NCBI GenBank assembly: GCA_050251055.1
Contig: JBFWNL010000001.1
Coordinates: 715,825-779,824 of the forward strand
From: Bacteriovoracia bacterium
GTDB lineage: Bacteria; Bdellovibrionota; UBA1018; JBFWNL01
Length of the DNA stretch: 64,000 nt
Direction of reading: 5' to 3'
Position numbers and translations under genes: made by a program. Numbering within the stretch: position 1 is the first letter of the stretch; each line of letters starts with the position of its first letter. The notes beneath the pieces were generated by a model. It saw only the letters and a list, made by a program, of their open reading frames with translations. It was not told where the DNA came from and searched no databases. This document shows, piece after piece, positions 19,404 to 30,400 of the stretch.

Positions 19404-19474
19404 CCAGCCCTAGATACCCAAAAAGCCTTGGGAAAACAATTGACTTCACGCGGCCATGATGATGCTTTTCATTC

Positions 19475-20701
19475 GTGAAGCTCTTGCGCCTTTCCGCCTC
19501 CTATCCTCGCTATTTGGCTAATTTCTACGCCAAGCACGCCGGCCTAGCGGACGCCCCTTATGACACACAAAGTCTTGAACTCGCGAAAGACGCGTTCGGC
19601 TGGGCAGACTTTTGGACGAACAGCCTGCCCAAGCACGGGTACGAAGTTTTGGAAATCGTGGCCAACGCCCAGTTCGCACAAAGGGCCTGGGCACGCGAAT
19701 ACGTGCCTCGGTTAGCGGACGCATCGACGCTTACCATAGCGACTGAACAGGTAAAACAGGTTCGACCCGACATACTTTGGATCTGCGACGTCGAGTTTTT
19801 CGGTACCGATTGGGTGCGCGAGATCCGCGCGGCCTGTCCATCCATTCAACTCGCCATCGCCTGGATGGGAACGCCCGCATACGAGGGAATTGCCGGGCTC
19901 GATGCGTTCGATGGGATTCTCTCGTGCGTGCCCGAGATCGTGACCGACCTCCGGAAGCGGGGACACCGCTCCGATCATCTTCACCATGCTTTCGACGCCC
20001 GTATCTACGACCGCACCCACGCGAACGCGGAAGGCAGCCTGCCGCTCACGTTCGTCGGCCAAGTCCATCGTGAAAAGGGCTTTCACCTGCGGCGCGAAGA
20101 ACTCCTGCTCAAACTCGTGAATCAAGTCCCGCTGCAGCTCTATAGTCCGTCTTCCCAAGTGAACCTGAAAGACATTGCCAAGGCCTACGTGAAGCAAGCC
20201 GCCTACGCCAGCGCCCAAGCACTGCAAAGCCTCGGCGTCTCCAAAGATCGCGTCGCCCTCCTGCCAGGCTTGAAGAACATCGCGCACCGGTCGTCCAAGC
20301 CTCTCGTCCCCGTAGACCTTCGTCTGTTGAGATTCCTGCGCCCGGGTGTATTCGGGCTCGAGATGTTCCAGATTTTGCGGAACTCGCTCGTCTCGTTGAA
20401 CGTGCACATCGACGCTTCGCCGCGCTCCGCTTCCAATATGCGGCTTTTCGAAGCCACCGGCATGGGCTCGTGCCTACTGACAGAGTGGCGAGAAAACCTA
20501 GGTGAGCTATTCACGTTAGATACGGAAGTCGTGACTTACCGTTCGCCCGAAGAATGCCGCGAAAAAGCGCGCTGGCTCATAGACCATCCGCAGGATGCGA
20601 CTCGCATCGGCGAAGCCGGGCGTAAGCGCACGCTCACCGCGCACCAGTTCCAGCATCGCGCCCCGCGTCTGGATCAAATTCTGAAACAATGGCTCCCTTA
20701 G
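19475..20701 (+). CDS. CgeB-like GT-B glycosyltransferase
   Basis: FVGQ, VFGLEMFQIL, LNVHID, NMRLFEATGMG, F....EVVTY, IGEAGRKRTL..H. Confidence 0.85.
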   Translation: MKLLRLSASYPRYLANFYAKHAGLADAPYDTQSLELAKDAFGWADFWTNSLPKHGYEVLEIVANAQFAQRAWAREYVPRLADASTLTIATEQVKQVRPDILWICDVEFFGTDWVREIRAACPSIQLAIAWMGTPAYEGIAGLDAFDGILSCVPEIVTDLRKRGHRSDHLHHAFDARIYDRTHANAEGSLPLTFVGQVHREKGFHLRREELLLKLVNQVPLQLYSPSSQVNLKDIAKAYVKQAAYASAQALQSLGVSKDRVALLPGLKNIAHRSSKPLVPVDLRLLRFLRPGVFGLEMFQILRNSLVSLNVHIDASPRSASNMRLFEATGMGSCLLTEWRENLGELFTLDTEVVTYRSPEECREKARWLIDHPQDATRIGEAGRKRTLTAHQFQHRAPRLDQILKQWLP

Positions 20702-22344
20702 GCACCTTTCTACTCATGACGATCGTCACCGCAGGATTCGCCTTCTCCTTTTGGGGCTGGGGAGCCGGGGCCGCACGCGGGTTGAAGCTCCCTTCGTATG
20801 TGGAGGGCCTGCTCGGGATTTTTGTCGTCGGATTTATCACCTTGTTTTTGAATTTTTTTATCCCGATCTCGCCCTTCATCTCGTCAGCAATCACCGCCGT
20901 GGGGGCGGGCTCTGGAATCTTGGTGCTGAAAAAGTCCGGTCCAAAGGCGCGCTCTGGATACGGGACGGAGTTCGCGTACGTTGGATTTTTCTTGCTCGTT
21001 TTCTTGGCTTGGTCGCAGGCTTCAGCCGTCGTGTACGACACCGGGCTCTACCATTTGCCGATCTTGAAGTGGAAGCAGGACTTCGCGACCCCGCTCGGCG
21101 TCGTACATCTGCATAGCCGGCTTGCCACCAACTCGGTCTGGTTCGCGGCCGCGGCTTCCACCTTGCTTCCCGACCTGGGTGTGGATCCGGCGTTCTGCCT
21201 CAACATCCTCTTCGCCGCGTTCACCGCGCGCCTTCTGTTGCTCGCGTCCCCGAACGACGGGACCATTATCAGCTTTTGGCTAGGTGGACTAATGCTCCTC
21301 TGTCTCGTCCTCTTCAATGGCCCGCTCGCTTTCGTAGGCTCCGTCTCCAACGACTTACCCACGAATTTACTTCCGTTGATCTGCGTCTTTTTAGCTGTGC
21401 GCAGCTGGGAACAACGGCGCTATGATCCCGCACTTCCGCTCTTTGCGGTTTTAAGCACCACGATCAAGGCCTCCGGAGCCTTGAACGTTTTGATTTGCCT
21501 CCCCCCACTCGTTTTGCTCGGCATGAATGCGGTGAAAGCCACCCTCGCTTCCCAAATCTGGCGAACCCTCGCGTTCCTGGGCGGCTGCTTGATCCTGTGG
21601 TGCACATACGGAATCCTCACTTCGGGCTGCCTCGTCTATCCGTTCTCGGGCACTTGTCTCTACGCCCTACCCTGGAGCGCCACGCCCGCCGACGTCGCCG
21701 GCGAAATGGGGGCGATCAAAGCCTGGGCCCGCTCGCCGTTTGGTCACCCCGACGTCGTGCTAAAAGACTGGGCTTGGCTGCCCGCTTGGTGGGCGAGCTT
21801 CAATGATCTTCCTTTGATTCGAGCTACAGCTATCTTGGGGGTAGTAGGCGCCTTGGGCATACTGGCGAAGAGCCTGCTTCGTAAGGCGCCCTTCCCGCGA
21901 TTGATTTTGGGATTGGGTGTGGCGCTCGTGGTGCCGCTCGCCGCCTGGTTCATCTCGGCGCCCGACCCACGCTTTGCCTTTGGGTATTTCCTAGCGCTCG
22001 GCTGCTTGCCGGCCGCCTGGGTTTTCGCGAAAACCGCGGGCAAGCGGCTCGCCTACTATGCTCCGCTCGGGATCCTCGCGATCTGTGCCCTGACCGGCCT
22101 CACCAAGTTGAATCGCGCATGGCCGACCCAACTCAAAAGCGCGACTTTGCCCCTAGCCGCCCACGACGGCACTCAGGGCAAAGTCTCCCTCATGAAAGCC
22201 GGGGGAATCGAGCTCAAACAACCTGTAGGAACCGATCAATGCTGGATGCAAACGCCCCCGTGCACGCCCTACGTACGCAAGGGGTGGACCGGGGTGATGC
22301 ACGGGTATCACATGATTTTCACCCGCGTCGAACCCGCGATCTGA
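20689..22344 (+). CDS. Polytopic membrane protein (LIC_10190-like, possible GT-C)
   Basis: Many TM segments; YDTGLYHLP, PLG..HLHSRLA.NS, SGCLVYP, WF..APDPRF, QCW...PPC. Confidence 0.7.
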   Translation: MAPLGTFLLMTIVTAGFAFSFWGWGAGAARGLKLPSYVEGLLGIFVVGFITLFLNFFIPISPFISSAITAVGAGSGILVLKKSGPKARSGYGTEFAYVGFFLLVFLAWSQASAVVYDTGLYHLPILKWKQDFATPLGVVHLHSRLATNSVWFAAAASTLLPDLGVDPAFCLNILFAAFTARLLLLASPNDGTIISFWLGGLMLLCLVLFNGPLAFVGSVSNDLPTNLLPLICVFLAVRSWEQRRYDPALPLFAVLSTTIKASGALNVLICLPPLVLLGMNAVKATLASQIWRTLAFLGGCLILWCTYGILTSGCLVYPFSGTCLYALPWSATPADVAGEMGAIKAWARSPFGHPDVVLKDWAWLPAWWASFNDLPLIRATAILGVVGALGILAKSLLRKAPFPRLILGLGVALVVPLAAWFISAPDPRFAFGYFLALGCLPAAWVFAKTAGKRLAYYAPLGILAICALTGLTKLNRAWPTQLKSATLPLAAHDGTQGKVSLMKAGGIELKQPVGTDQCWMQTPPCTPYVRKGWTGVMHGYHMIFTRVEPAI

Positions 22345-22364
22345 TCTTCGTTCTATGGTTCCGG

Positions 22365-23312
22365 TTAATGTTTCGGCAAAATCGCGGCGTACTCGGCCCA
22401 AAATTCGGCGGGGAAAGCTCGCCGCAAATTTTCCGTTCCCGCCGACGGGGGAGCGGGATTCGCCGCCGCGGAGTTTCCCCAAGTGACCGGACAGGGCGGC
22501 AGAGCCATCGCGCGCACGAGGAGCATCTCGTTCACGAACTCCACCCACTCCCGAACGCTGCAGACCACCCCGGTCGGGCGGACCACCTGCGTACCACCCC
22601 GGTCAAAATCACGCGCGGCCTGAATGTATCCGCGAGCAAGGTCCGCCACCGATAGATTGTGCATCGTCGCCTGCGGTGCTTCGACTTTCAAAACCGCATC
22701 CGCCGCGGAGCTGGCTTGGGCGATGCGGATCATTTGCGGAATCAGACGATCATCATTCTCGAGCGGGCCCACCGGATTCGGAATGATCACTTTCGAGAGG
22801 GTGAGTTCGGGAGCACTCAGTTTTTGCAGCTCGTGCCAAACCCGCTGCTTGCTCAGCGCATAAGGCGTGGGAGTACCGGTCGCCCCCGACTCCTCCGGTT
22901 CAATCGCCGTGCCCGAGTAGATGATCCCTTTAGCCGGGACCGCCTTCAACGCCCGCACCAAGCCACCCAAGGGGGGGATCCCGACCGCATCCGCCCGGGC
23001 GACGTCATAGTCAGGCCGCCGGAACTTCTCCATGAAGTGGTGGTGATGAATCCAAATCGCCGGTTGGTTTTCCTGCACCCAACGGGCGAAATCGCCCCGC
23101 TCGGCCACTAGTCCGTAGTGGACCGTCCCGTACCGAGAGAATACGTCGAGCCGCGCCTGCTTCAGACCCAGGTAAGCCGCTTTAGGTTCCGAACAAAGAC
23201 CCGCTACCTCGTACCCTTCCTCCTTCAAAGCACGTGCGATCCACACCGCTGAAAAGGAGGAAGCGGCGGTGATCGCAACGAGCTTGGAGCGTGGATTCGA
23301 CCGGGTCGTCAT
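22365..23312 (-). CDS. Divergent NAD-dependent epimerase/dehydratase
   Basis: AITAASSFSAVW (degenerate Rossmann), PYALSK (YxxxK), IPNPVGPLE; ATG at 23312. Confidence 0.7.
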   Translation of the reverse strand: MTTRSNPRSKLVAITAASSFSAVWIARALKEEGYEVAGLCSEPKAAYLGLKQARLDVFSRYGTVHYGLVAERGDFARWVQENQPAIWIHHHHFMEKFRRPDYDVARADAVGIPPLGGLVRALKAVPAKGIIYSGTAIEPEESGATGTPTPYALSKQRVWHELQKLSAPELTLSKVIIPNPVGPLENDDRLIPQMIRIAQASSAADAVLKVEAPQATMHNLSVADLARGYIQAARDFDRGGTQVVRPTGVVCSVREWVEFVNEMLLVRAMALPPCPVTWGNSAAANPAPPSAGTENLRRAFPAEFWAEYAAILPKH

Positions 23313-23431
23313 GACTAAGTTAGTCGCATCTTTTGCTTGCAGTTTCAATCGGTTCGACAGCGGAGGTGGCGCCACGCAGCAACTCGGATTGCATCGCGAC
23401 AAGAGTCTTGAGGGGGCGCCCCCAAGAAGGT

Positions 23432-24058
23432 ATGACCGTTTTTATGGAGCCACTCTCGAACTGCATGACCCCGGAGGTCATCGCCAAGATCAACCATTTC
23501 ATCGACGAGAACTTCCCTTATCAGGACGCCAAGTTCGTGTTCCAGGACCCAAAATTCCGCGATTTTTTCGTGGCGAATATCTCGCCCGAAATCCGCGCTT
23601 ACATTAAACCCGAGAGTTACATCGTTCTTCGCATGATCAAGCCCCGGGGCGGGGTCCATGCGTACGATTTCCATTTCGACAACTACGCTCAGACTATCCT
23701 CGTGCCGCTCATGACGCCCGATGCGCATCAAAACGGGGACCTCTTGCTTCGGCACCATACACGCGGAGCCCCACGCTTTATTCTGATGCATATCTGGCAG
23801 AAGTTTCTTTTCCAAAACACCCTGGCCCTGAAGCTCTGGTCCTGGCTCGCCACGAAGGAACGTTTCTTTCGCCGGGTCCGGGTAAAGCCGGGAAGCGCGC
23901 TCGTATTCGACGGCTCCCGATCGCTCCACGGAAACATGCCAGTGCAGGCGGGAGAGCGGCGATCGGTGCTGATCCATAACCAGAAATTGTTCAGCGGGTC
24001 GAAAGCCGTGGAATGGATCGAAGGCTATAGCCAGTATCGCAAACAGAAGGCCCAATAA
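23432..24058 (+). CDS. Putative 2OG-Fe(II) dioxygenase-fold protein
   Basis: HFD (HxD), GDL, PGSALVFDG.RSLHGN (distal His), R.S.L; SD-like aagaagg before ATG 23432. Confidence 0.6.
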   Translation: MTVFMEPLSNCMTPEVIAKINHFIDENFPYQDAKFVFQDPKFRDFFVANISPEIRAYIKPESYIVLRMIKPRGGVHAYDFHFDNYAQTILVPLMTPDAHQNGDLLLRHHTRGAPRFILMHIWQKFLFQNTLALKLWSWLATKERFFRRVRVKPGSALVFDGSRSLHGNMPVQAGERRSVLIHNQKLFSGSKAVEWIEGYSQYRKQKAQ

Positions 24059-24064
24059 CCCGCT

Positions 24065-25063
24065 ATGTCCGAGCAACTTACTTGTTTTCCATCCACTCAG
24101 CAGGTAAAGAAAGGCATGTCTTTGCCCCTGGAATCCCAGGCAGATTACAGTGACGTCGCGGTCCTGCTTCCCTGCTACAATGAGGAAATCACCATCGCCA
24201 AGGTCGTCGCCGATTTCCGCACACACCTTCCGGGCGCCAAGATCTACGTCTTTGACAATAATTCCAACGACCGTACCTCCGAGCGCGCGCGCGGAGCCGG
24301 CGCGACCGTCGTCCCTTCTCCGAAGCAGGGCAAGGGATGCGTCGTACGTCACATGTTCGATACGGTGGAAGCGACGATCTACCTCATGGCCGACGGCGAT
24401 GACACTTATCCAGCTAAGTCGGCCCCCCAGCTGATCCAGGAATGCCGCGGCGGCGTGGATATGGTGGTGGGCATTCGCATGGAGTCGTACGACCAGTCCG
24501 CCTCCCGTCGTTTCCACAAATTCGGAAATCACTTAGTGGCGCGCCTGATCTCTTTGTCCTTCTCGACGAAAGTCACGGACGTGCTGTCGGGCTTCCGTGC
24601 GTTCTCGCGGTCATTCGTGAAGTCCGTACCGCTCGTGTCGGTGGGATTCACGATCGAAACCGAGATGACGATGCAAGCGGTGGCGAAGGGATTTTCGCTT
24701 CGGGAAATTCCCATCGAATACGGCGCCCGTCCCGAAGGCAGCTTTTCTAAACTTCGTACTTACAGCGACGGCACAATCGTGCTCGCCACCATCGTCGATA
24801 TTTTCAAGAACTATAAACCACTCACCTTCTTCGGGGGACTCTGCGTCCTGCTCGGCGTGATTTCTGCGATCGTTGGCTCAGCCCCGGTTATGGACTTCTT
24901 CACCACGGGGGTAGTGGTGCACGTTCCACGCGCAGTGCTCGCCGCCGCGCTGGCTATCATGGCCATGCTCTCGCTGGGCATCGGCCTTATCTTGGACTCT
25001 ACCTGCAAATACCACCACGAGACGTTTACGCTCTGGCGTCGCGTCCTCACCCAAAGCAAATGA
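24065..25063 (+). CDS. GT2 DPM1/GtrB-like polyprenol-phosphate glycosyltransferase with two C-terminal TM helices
   Basis: LLPCYNEE, FDNNSND, QGKG, DGDDTY, DVLSGFRAFSR, GFTIETE, RPEGSFSKL. Confidence 0.9.
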   Translation: MSEQLTCFPSTQQVKKGMSLPLESQADYSDVAVLLPCYNEEITIAKVVADFRTHLPGAKIYVFDNNSNDRTSERARGAGATVVPSPKQGKGCVVRHMFDTVEATIYLMADGDDTYPAKSAPQLIQECRGGVDMVVGIRMESYDQSASRRFHKFGNHLVARLISLSFSTKVTDVLSGFRAFSRSFVKSVPLVSVGFTIETEMTMQAVAKGFSLREIPIEYGARPEGSFSKLRTYSDGTIVLATIVDIFKNYKPLTFFGGLCVLLGVISAIVGSAPVMDFFTTGVVVHVPRAVLAAALAIMAMLSLGIGLILDSTCKYHHETFTLWRRVLTQSK

Positions 25064-25746
25064 AACCAGAAGCATACACGGGCGTAGAAAACCTAGAAAC
25101 AATGTCACTGGCGGTGAACTATAACCAGTTTCTCGTTTCCGAAATCCTTCGCCACGGCCACTCGGCAACCACGTCCTTGGACTTCGGCGCCGGCACGGGC
25201 ACCTTTTCTGGGGCCTTAAGTCGCCACGGCCTGAAAGTGACCTGTTTGGAGCCAGATGAAGAGCTGAGCCGCCGCCTGCGTGCCCAGGGCATGGCCGTCT
25301 GCTCGCGAGTCGAGGATCTCCCCGCCGGACATTTCGACTTCGTTTACTCATTGAACGTGCTGGAGCACATCGAGCACGATCTCGAGGCGCTCCGCCAGCT
25401 CAAGAGCCGCCTCAAGCCGGGCGGTACGTTCTACTTCTACGTACCGGCCTTCAACGTGCTTTTCTCGAGCATGGACCGCAAAGTGGGCCACTTCCGCCGC
25501 TACACCAAAAGTGGCCTCATTCGCGTGGCCACCGAAGCGGGGCTTAAGGTGGAACGCGCGGGTTACGTGGACTCCGTCGGCTTTTTGGTCGCGTTGCTTT
25601 TCCGCTTCATCGGCAATGACGACGGCGAAATCAATCCTGGCATGCTGAAAATCTACGACCGCTTCGTGTTTCCCGTCAGCCGGGTGCTCGACTTCTTGTG
25701 CCGGCCGTTCTTCGGCAAGAATGTATATATTTCTGGAAAAATCTAA
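25060..25746 (+). CDS. Class I SAM-dependent methyltransferase
   Basis: LDFGAGTG, NVLEHIEHD, LKPGG, VPA, D..VGHFRRY. Confidence 0.88.
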   Translation: MKPEAYTGVENLETMSLAVNYNQFLVSEILRHGHSATTSLDFGAGTGTFSGALSRHGLKVTCLEPDEELSRRLRAQGMAVCSRVEDLPAGHFDFVYSLNVLEHIEHDLEALRQLKSRLKPGGTFYFYVPAFNVLFSSMDRKVGHFRRYTKSGLIRVATEAGLKVERAGYVDSVGFLVALLFRFIGNDDGEINPGMLKIYDRFVFPVSRVLDFLCRPFFGKNVYISGKI

Positions 25747-25755
25747 AGGCCGCGT

Positions 25756-27288
25756 CTAAAGGTCAGGCTTCAACCGGACTTCGAGCCCGCAATGGCGCAC
25801 CGGAACCATACCGTTCGTCGGCGGCTGGTCGGAGATCGCGAATTCTCCGTTTAACTGCGTAATGTATTGGACTTTGCCAGGTTCCGCCGCTGGCCACCCA
25901 CAACGTTTCAATTCGCGGCCGAGATCGACCACGATGTTCATCGGCTGCTCCCAACCGTATTCGCGACCGGTGAAGACGTACGGACGCAGCTCCCCGCTCC
26001 AAGGCAGGCACGCCTTCCCGGCCGGGCTGGCCGTCGCTTCATACTTCATCACGAATTCTCCGGCGTACTCGTGCGTCCGATGCAAGATGCGGCCGCAGTA
26101 CGCGAGGAGACCAACGATCGCCAAAGCCTGCGCCCCGCGCAGGAGCAGCGGATGGGAAACGCGTGCGCGGACCAGTTCGACCACTCCGTACAGGCCGAGG
26201 AGCACGAAGAACGCGCGCACGAAGACGAGATAAAGGAACATGCGCTGGATGAAATGGTATTTATACAGAATCACCGCCACGGCAGTGGCGGCAAAAACTC
26301 CGATAAAGAACCAAGAAAGCGCGCCCAAGGCGAAGAGCTGGCGTTCCCTAGCGTTCCAGCTCGAACGCCGGCGAAAAAGCACGCACACATACGCCATGCC
26401 CGCCACCAAGAGGAGGTTGAAAGGCATTGCAAACAATCCGTCTTGCCAGAGCAGGCTGCGCACGGAGTGGATTTGATCCCAGTTCAGCGGGCCGGCCGCC
26501 GAACCGGCGCAGAAACCCGCGTGGCGCGAATAAAAGAGGCCGATGGCGGCAAAAATGGCGCCAGAGATTCCGAAGTATCGGAAGGCTTTGCGTCCGCCGG
26601 AGCCATCCATCACGAGTGAAAGCATTCCGAGTACGAAACAGCACACTCCTACCTGCATCCAGCCGGGGTTGGACGTGAAAGTCAGCAGAAAGCTTGCACC
26701 CGCAAACCAGAGCTTATCTCCACGAGTGATCTCGCCCCAGGACTTCCGGCTAAGACGCACCGTCAGCGCAACTACGAGCATGAAGAACCCCATCCACAGG
26801 GAGTAAGGACGGGTCTCGGTCGTGTAAAAGTGAAAGATCATTCGCTGCCCTACCAGCGCGAGCGCGAATAGCCCGTAAGACCAGCCTAGCAAAGTTGCGC
26901 CGACATAGACCACAGAGGCCATTGCCACGAAGCCCGCCGCGAGCGGTTCTATGCGGTAAGTGAGCAGAATCGAGTCGTCGAAGTCGCGGGTGCCATGCGA
27001 GACCGCGCGCTGGATGATGTGATGGAGCGGCGGAACGTTGCACGCGTTGGGGGCGCCACGGACAAAAAATTTGGAATACGGGTACGCGCAGGTATCGTAA
27101 ATTTCGAAACCCTCGTCCTGCCAAAAGGGCTTGTGCTGCGCGATTCGGGCTTCCTGATAGCTGAGTACGGTCAACATGATCAGAGTGAGGACGCAGAAGA
27201 CTGCCGATCGTCGGGACAACCTGAGCTTCGAAATCATAGATATCCGATCTTTACTAGAAAAACTCAGGCGTGGGTACTGGTTGCTCAA
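25756..27288 (-). CDS. Polytopic membrane protein, GT-C/ArnT-PMT-like
   Basis: FWQDE after first TM, PPLHH, ETRPYSL, about ten TM segments, periplasmic C-terminus. Confidence 0.65.
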   Translation of the reverse strand: MSNQYPRLSFSSKDRISMISKLRLSRRSAVFCVLTLIMLTVLSYQEARIAQHKPFWQDEGFEIYDTCAYPYSKFFVRGAPNACNVPPLHHIIQRAVSHGTRDFDDSILLTYRIEPLAAGFVAMASVVYVGATLLGWSYGLFALALVGQRMIFHFYTTETRPYSLWMGFFMLVVALTVRLSRKSWGEITRGDKLWFAGASFLLTFTSNPGWMQVGVCCFVLGMLSLVMDGSGGRKAFRYFGISGAIFAAIGLFYSRHAGFCAGSAAGPLNWDQIHSVRSLLWQDGLFAMPFNLLLVAGMAYVCVLFRRRSSWNARERQLFALGALSWFFIGVFAATAVAVILYKYHFIQRMFLYLVFVRAFFVLLGLYGVVELVRARVSHPLLLRGAQALAIVGLLAYCGRILHRTHEYAGEFVMKYEATASPAGKACLPWSGELRPYVFTGREYGWEQPMNIVVDLGRELKRCGWPAAEPGKVQYITQLNGEFAISDQPPTNGMVPVRHCGLEVRLKPDL

Positions 27289-27470
27289 ATCTGCGTAAAA
27301 TTACCTTAAGCGCGCAACTCAGCGCGGCATGCCGTACCAATCCTTTGAAAACCCTTTCGAAAAACACCTAACAAGCTGCAATCATGGTCTGGTGCACCGC
27401 TTGATTGGGCACCGGCCAGGCTATAGGATGCGAACGACGGTTTCGTGCTAGGTCTATTGGAGAACACCCA

Positions 27471-30400
27471 CTAGCTTAACGGAGTAACCCTAAAATCGAT
27501 TTGCGGTCTAGGGTGCCGATGAAGTGCCCGTAAGAAAGCCGTTGCCTTTTCAATATCGGTAATCAACGCGCAACCGAATTGAACCGCCGTCCGGCGCACC
27601 AGAACGTCCCGGCGGATTTCCGAAGGATCGAAGTTCTTCGGCACATTGATAACCAGATCTACTTGCTTCTTCTGGATGATCTGCCCGGCGTCGATTTCCC
27701 CCGGGCGGCCCTCCCCTGGCCAGGGAACGCTCATCACCTCATAACCTTCACCCTTAAGATGCCGGGCGGTGCCCGGGGTAGCGTAGATTTTGACGTCCAG
27801 TTTCCTGAGAATCTCCATCACCGACAGGAACTTCCGCTTCTCCTCCGCCGTACCCGAGCTCACCAGCACTCCTACTTTGGGCCTCCGGATGCCGGTCGCC
27901 TGCAATGCCAATAAGAGCGCTTCATCCAAATCAGCGCCTACGCAACCCACCTCGCCAGTAGAAGTCATTTCGACGCCCAGAACGGGATCGGCTCCGGCTA
28001 AACGATTGAAGCTGAACATCGCAGCCTTCACCCCAATCCGTTCGGACTTCGTGGGCGGCACGGCTGGGGACCTTCCGATCAGGACATCGGTCGCGTACTG
28101 CGCTAACGGAATTTGCGTCACCTTGGAAACGAACGGAAAGGACCGCGAAGCGCGGGCATTGCATTCAATGACCAAAAGTTCGCCGGCTTTGTGCATGAAC
28201 TGGATATTAAACGGCCCGTTCAGCCGAAGCTGCGCGCAAATACGCTCGCCCGCGTCTAAAATCCGCACACGCGTCGCTGGGTCTATCTTCTGCGGAGGCA
28301 GAACCAGGGTCGCGTCGCCCGAGTGAATACCTGCGTTCTCGATATGTTCACTGACCACGGCGGCGATCATGCGTCCGCTCTGTGCGACGCCATCTAACTC
28401 GAGCTCGATGGCGTCGGTAATGAATTCGGACACCACCACGGGATGCTCGGCGGAAACATCCGCAGCAAGCGAAAGCGCCCGCTCCAACGACGGCCAGTCG
28501 TAGACCACGTTCATCGCGGCGCCGGAAAGCACGAAGCTCGGACGCACGATGACGGGGAAACCGGCCTTATCGATAAATGGCTTGATGTCGTTCAGCTGGG
28601 CCGCCGAGATCCAACGAGGCTGACGAACTTCGGCCTTATCCAGGATATCGGAAAAGATCTGACGGTCCTCCGCCCGGCGAATGGTCTCAGAGTCGTGACC
28701 CAGTATGCGAATCCCCGCAGCCGTCAACGAAGCAGCCAGGCGGTTCGGCAGCTGGCCGCCCATGGAAACCACCACTCCAGTCGGGGTTTCCAGATCAGCG
28801 ACATCCAGCACGCGCTCGAAGCTCACCTCGTCGAAGTAGAGGCGGTCAGAGCTGTTGTGGTCCGTCGAGACGGTTTCCGGGTTACAATTGAGAACCACAC
28901 TGCGCCAGCCCTCCGCGCGAAGTCTCTGTGAGCACTCCACCGCACACCAGTCGAACTCCACGCTGGTGCCGATACGATAGGTACCGCTGCCGAGTACCAA
29001 CGCGGTCTCAGACTTGCCGTCGGACGCCACCAGGTCATTGAATTGTCCCCCGTACGTCAGATAAAGGTAGTTCGACGTCGAAGGATACTCGGCCGCGGTG
29101 GTATCGATTTTCTTCACGACCGGCGCGACACCCAAAGCTTTGCGGCGCCGGCGCAAAATCAAGGATGCCTCCCGGATCTCGGTTTCGGTTGGCATGTCCG
29201 GGCCGGTGCGGAGATAAATCCCGGCTATCTGCTCGTCGCTGAAACCCGCAGATTTCCAGCAGCGCCATTGGTCGGGTGTGACCCCGACGAAATCCAGAGC
29301 GAGGTCACCCGTCACCCGCAATGCTTGGAGATCCCGTTCGATCGCCACGATTTTTTCCAGCGAAGCCAGGAACCATTTGTCGATTCGAGTGAGCTCGAAT
29401 ATCTCTTCGCGCGGATACCCGGCCCTGAAGGCTTGCATCAGCTCCAGCAGACGATTGTCCGTCGCGATCTTCAGGCTCGCGAAAAGCTCTCCGCGCTCCT
29501 TAAATTTCTGCGGCAAACTGAGGCCTTCGGGGCGCTCGGTGACCATGCGAAAGGCTTTCTGCAAGGTCTCCGGAAACGACCGACCGATGGCCATGACTTC
29601 GCCGACGGATTTCATCGCGGAACCGATCGTGCGGTCGGCGCCCCTAAACTTCACTAGGTCCCACCGGGGGATCTTGACGGCAATGTAATCCAGCGCGGGC
29701 TCGTAGAATGCCTTAGTCACGCCCGTGACCGGATTGGTCAACTCGAGTAAGGTATGGCCCAACACGACTTTTGCCGCGATCGCGGCGATGGGATAGCCGG
29801 TCGCCTTGCTCGCGAGCGCGCTCGAACGGGACAGCCGTGCGTTCACTTCGATGACGAAAAATTCCGACGAATCGGGGCTGAGCGCGTATTGAACGTTGCA
29901 CTCACCCAGGATCTCGAGGTGCTCGGCGATACGGAAGGCCGCGTTCCGCAGGCGTTGATACTCCTCATCGTCGAGGGTCTGACTTGGGGCCACGACGATG
30001 GAGTCGCCGGTGTGGATCCCCATCGGGTCGAAGTTCTCCATGTTGCAGATCGCGATCGTGTTACCGGCTGTGTCGCGCATGATCTCGTATTCGATTTCCT
30101 TCCACCCACGCAGCGATTTCTCGATCAAGACCTGGGGCGAGGACGCGAGCGCGCTCTCCACGAGGCGGCGAAGCTGCGTTTCGTCTTCCGCAAACCCGCT
30201 GCCTAACCCACCCAAGGCGAAGGCCGCTCGGCAAATCACCGGAAACCCGATGGCGCGTCCGGCGTCCAGTGCCTGATCGACCTCGGTGACGACCGCGCTG
30301 GGTGGCACCGGGATCTCGATCTCGCGCATGGCTTTCGCGAAGAGATCCCGGTCCTCCGTGATGCGTAGGGACCCGAGATCCGTGCCCAGATTGCGCAAGT

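Noticed and set aside
10651-20701. Sporulation (SpsF/CgeB) or methionine synthesis (MetW) functions
   Set aside because: Family names only; these families are common in Gram-negative glycan loci and no partner genes are present
27386-27418. Imperfect hairpin in the carB downstream gap as an ncRNA or riboswitch
   Set aside because: Short bulged stem with no recognisable family motif; at most a weak terminator
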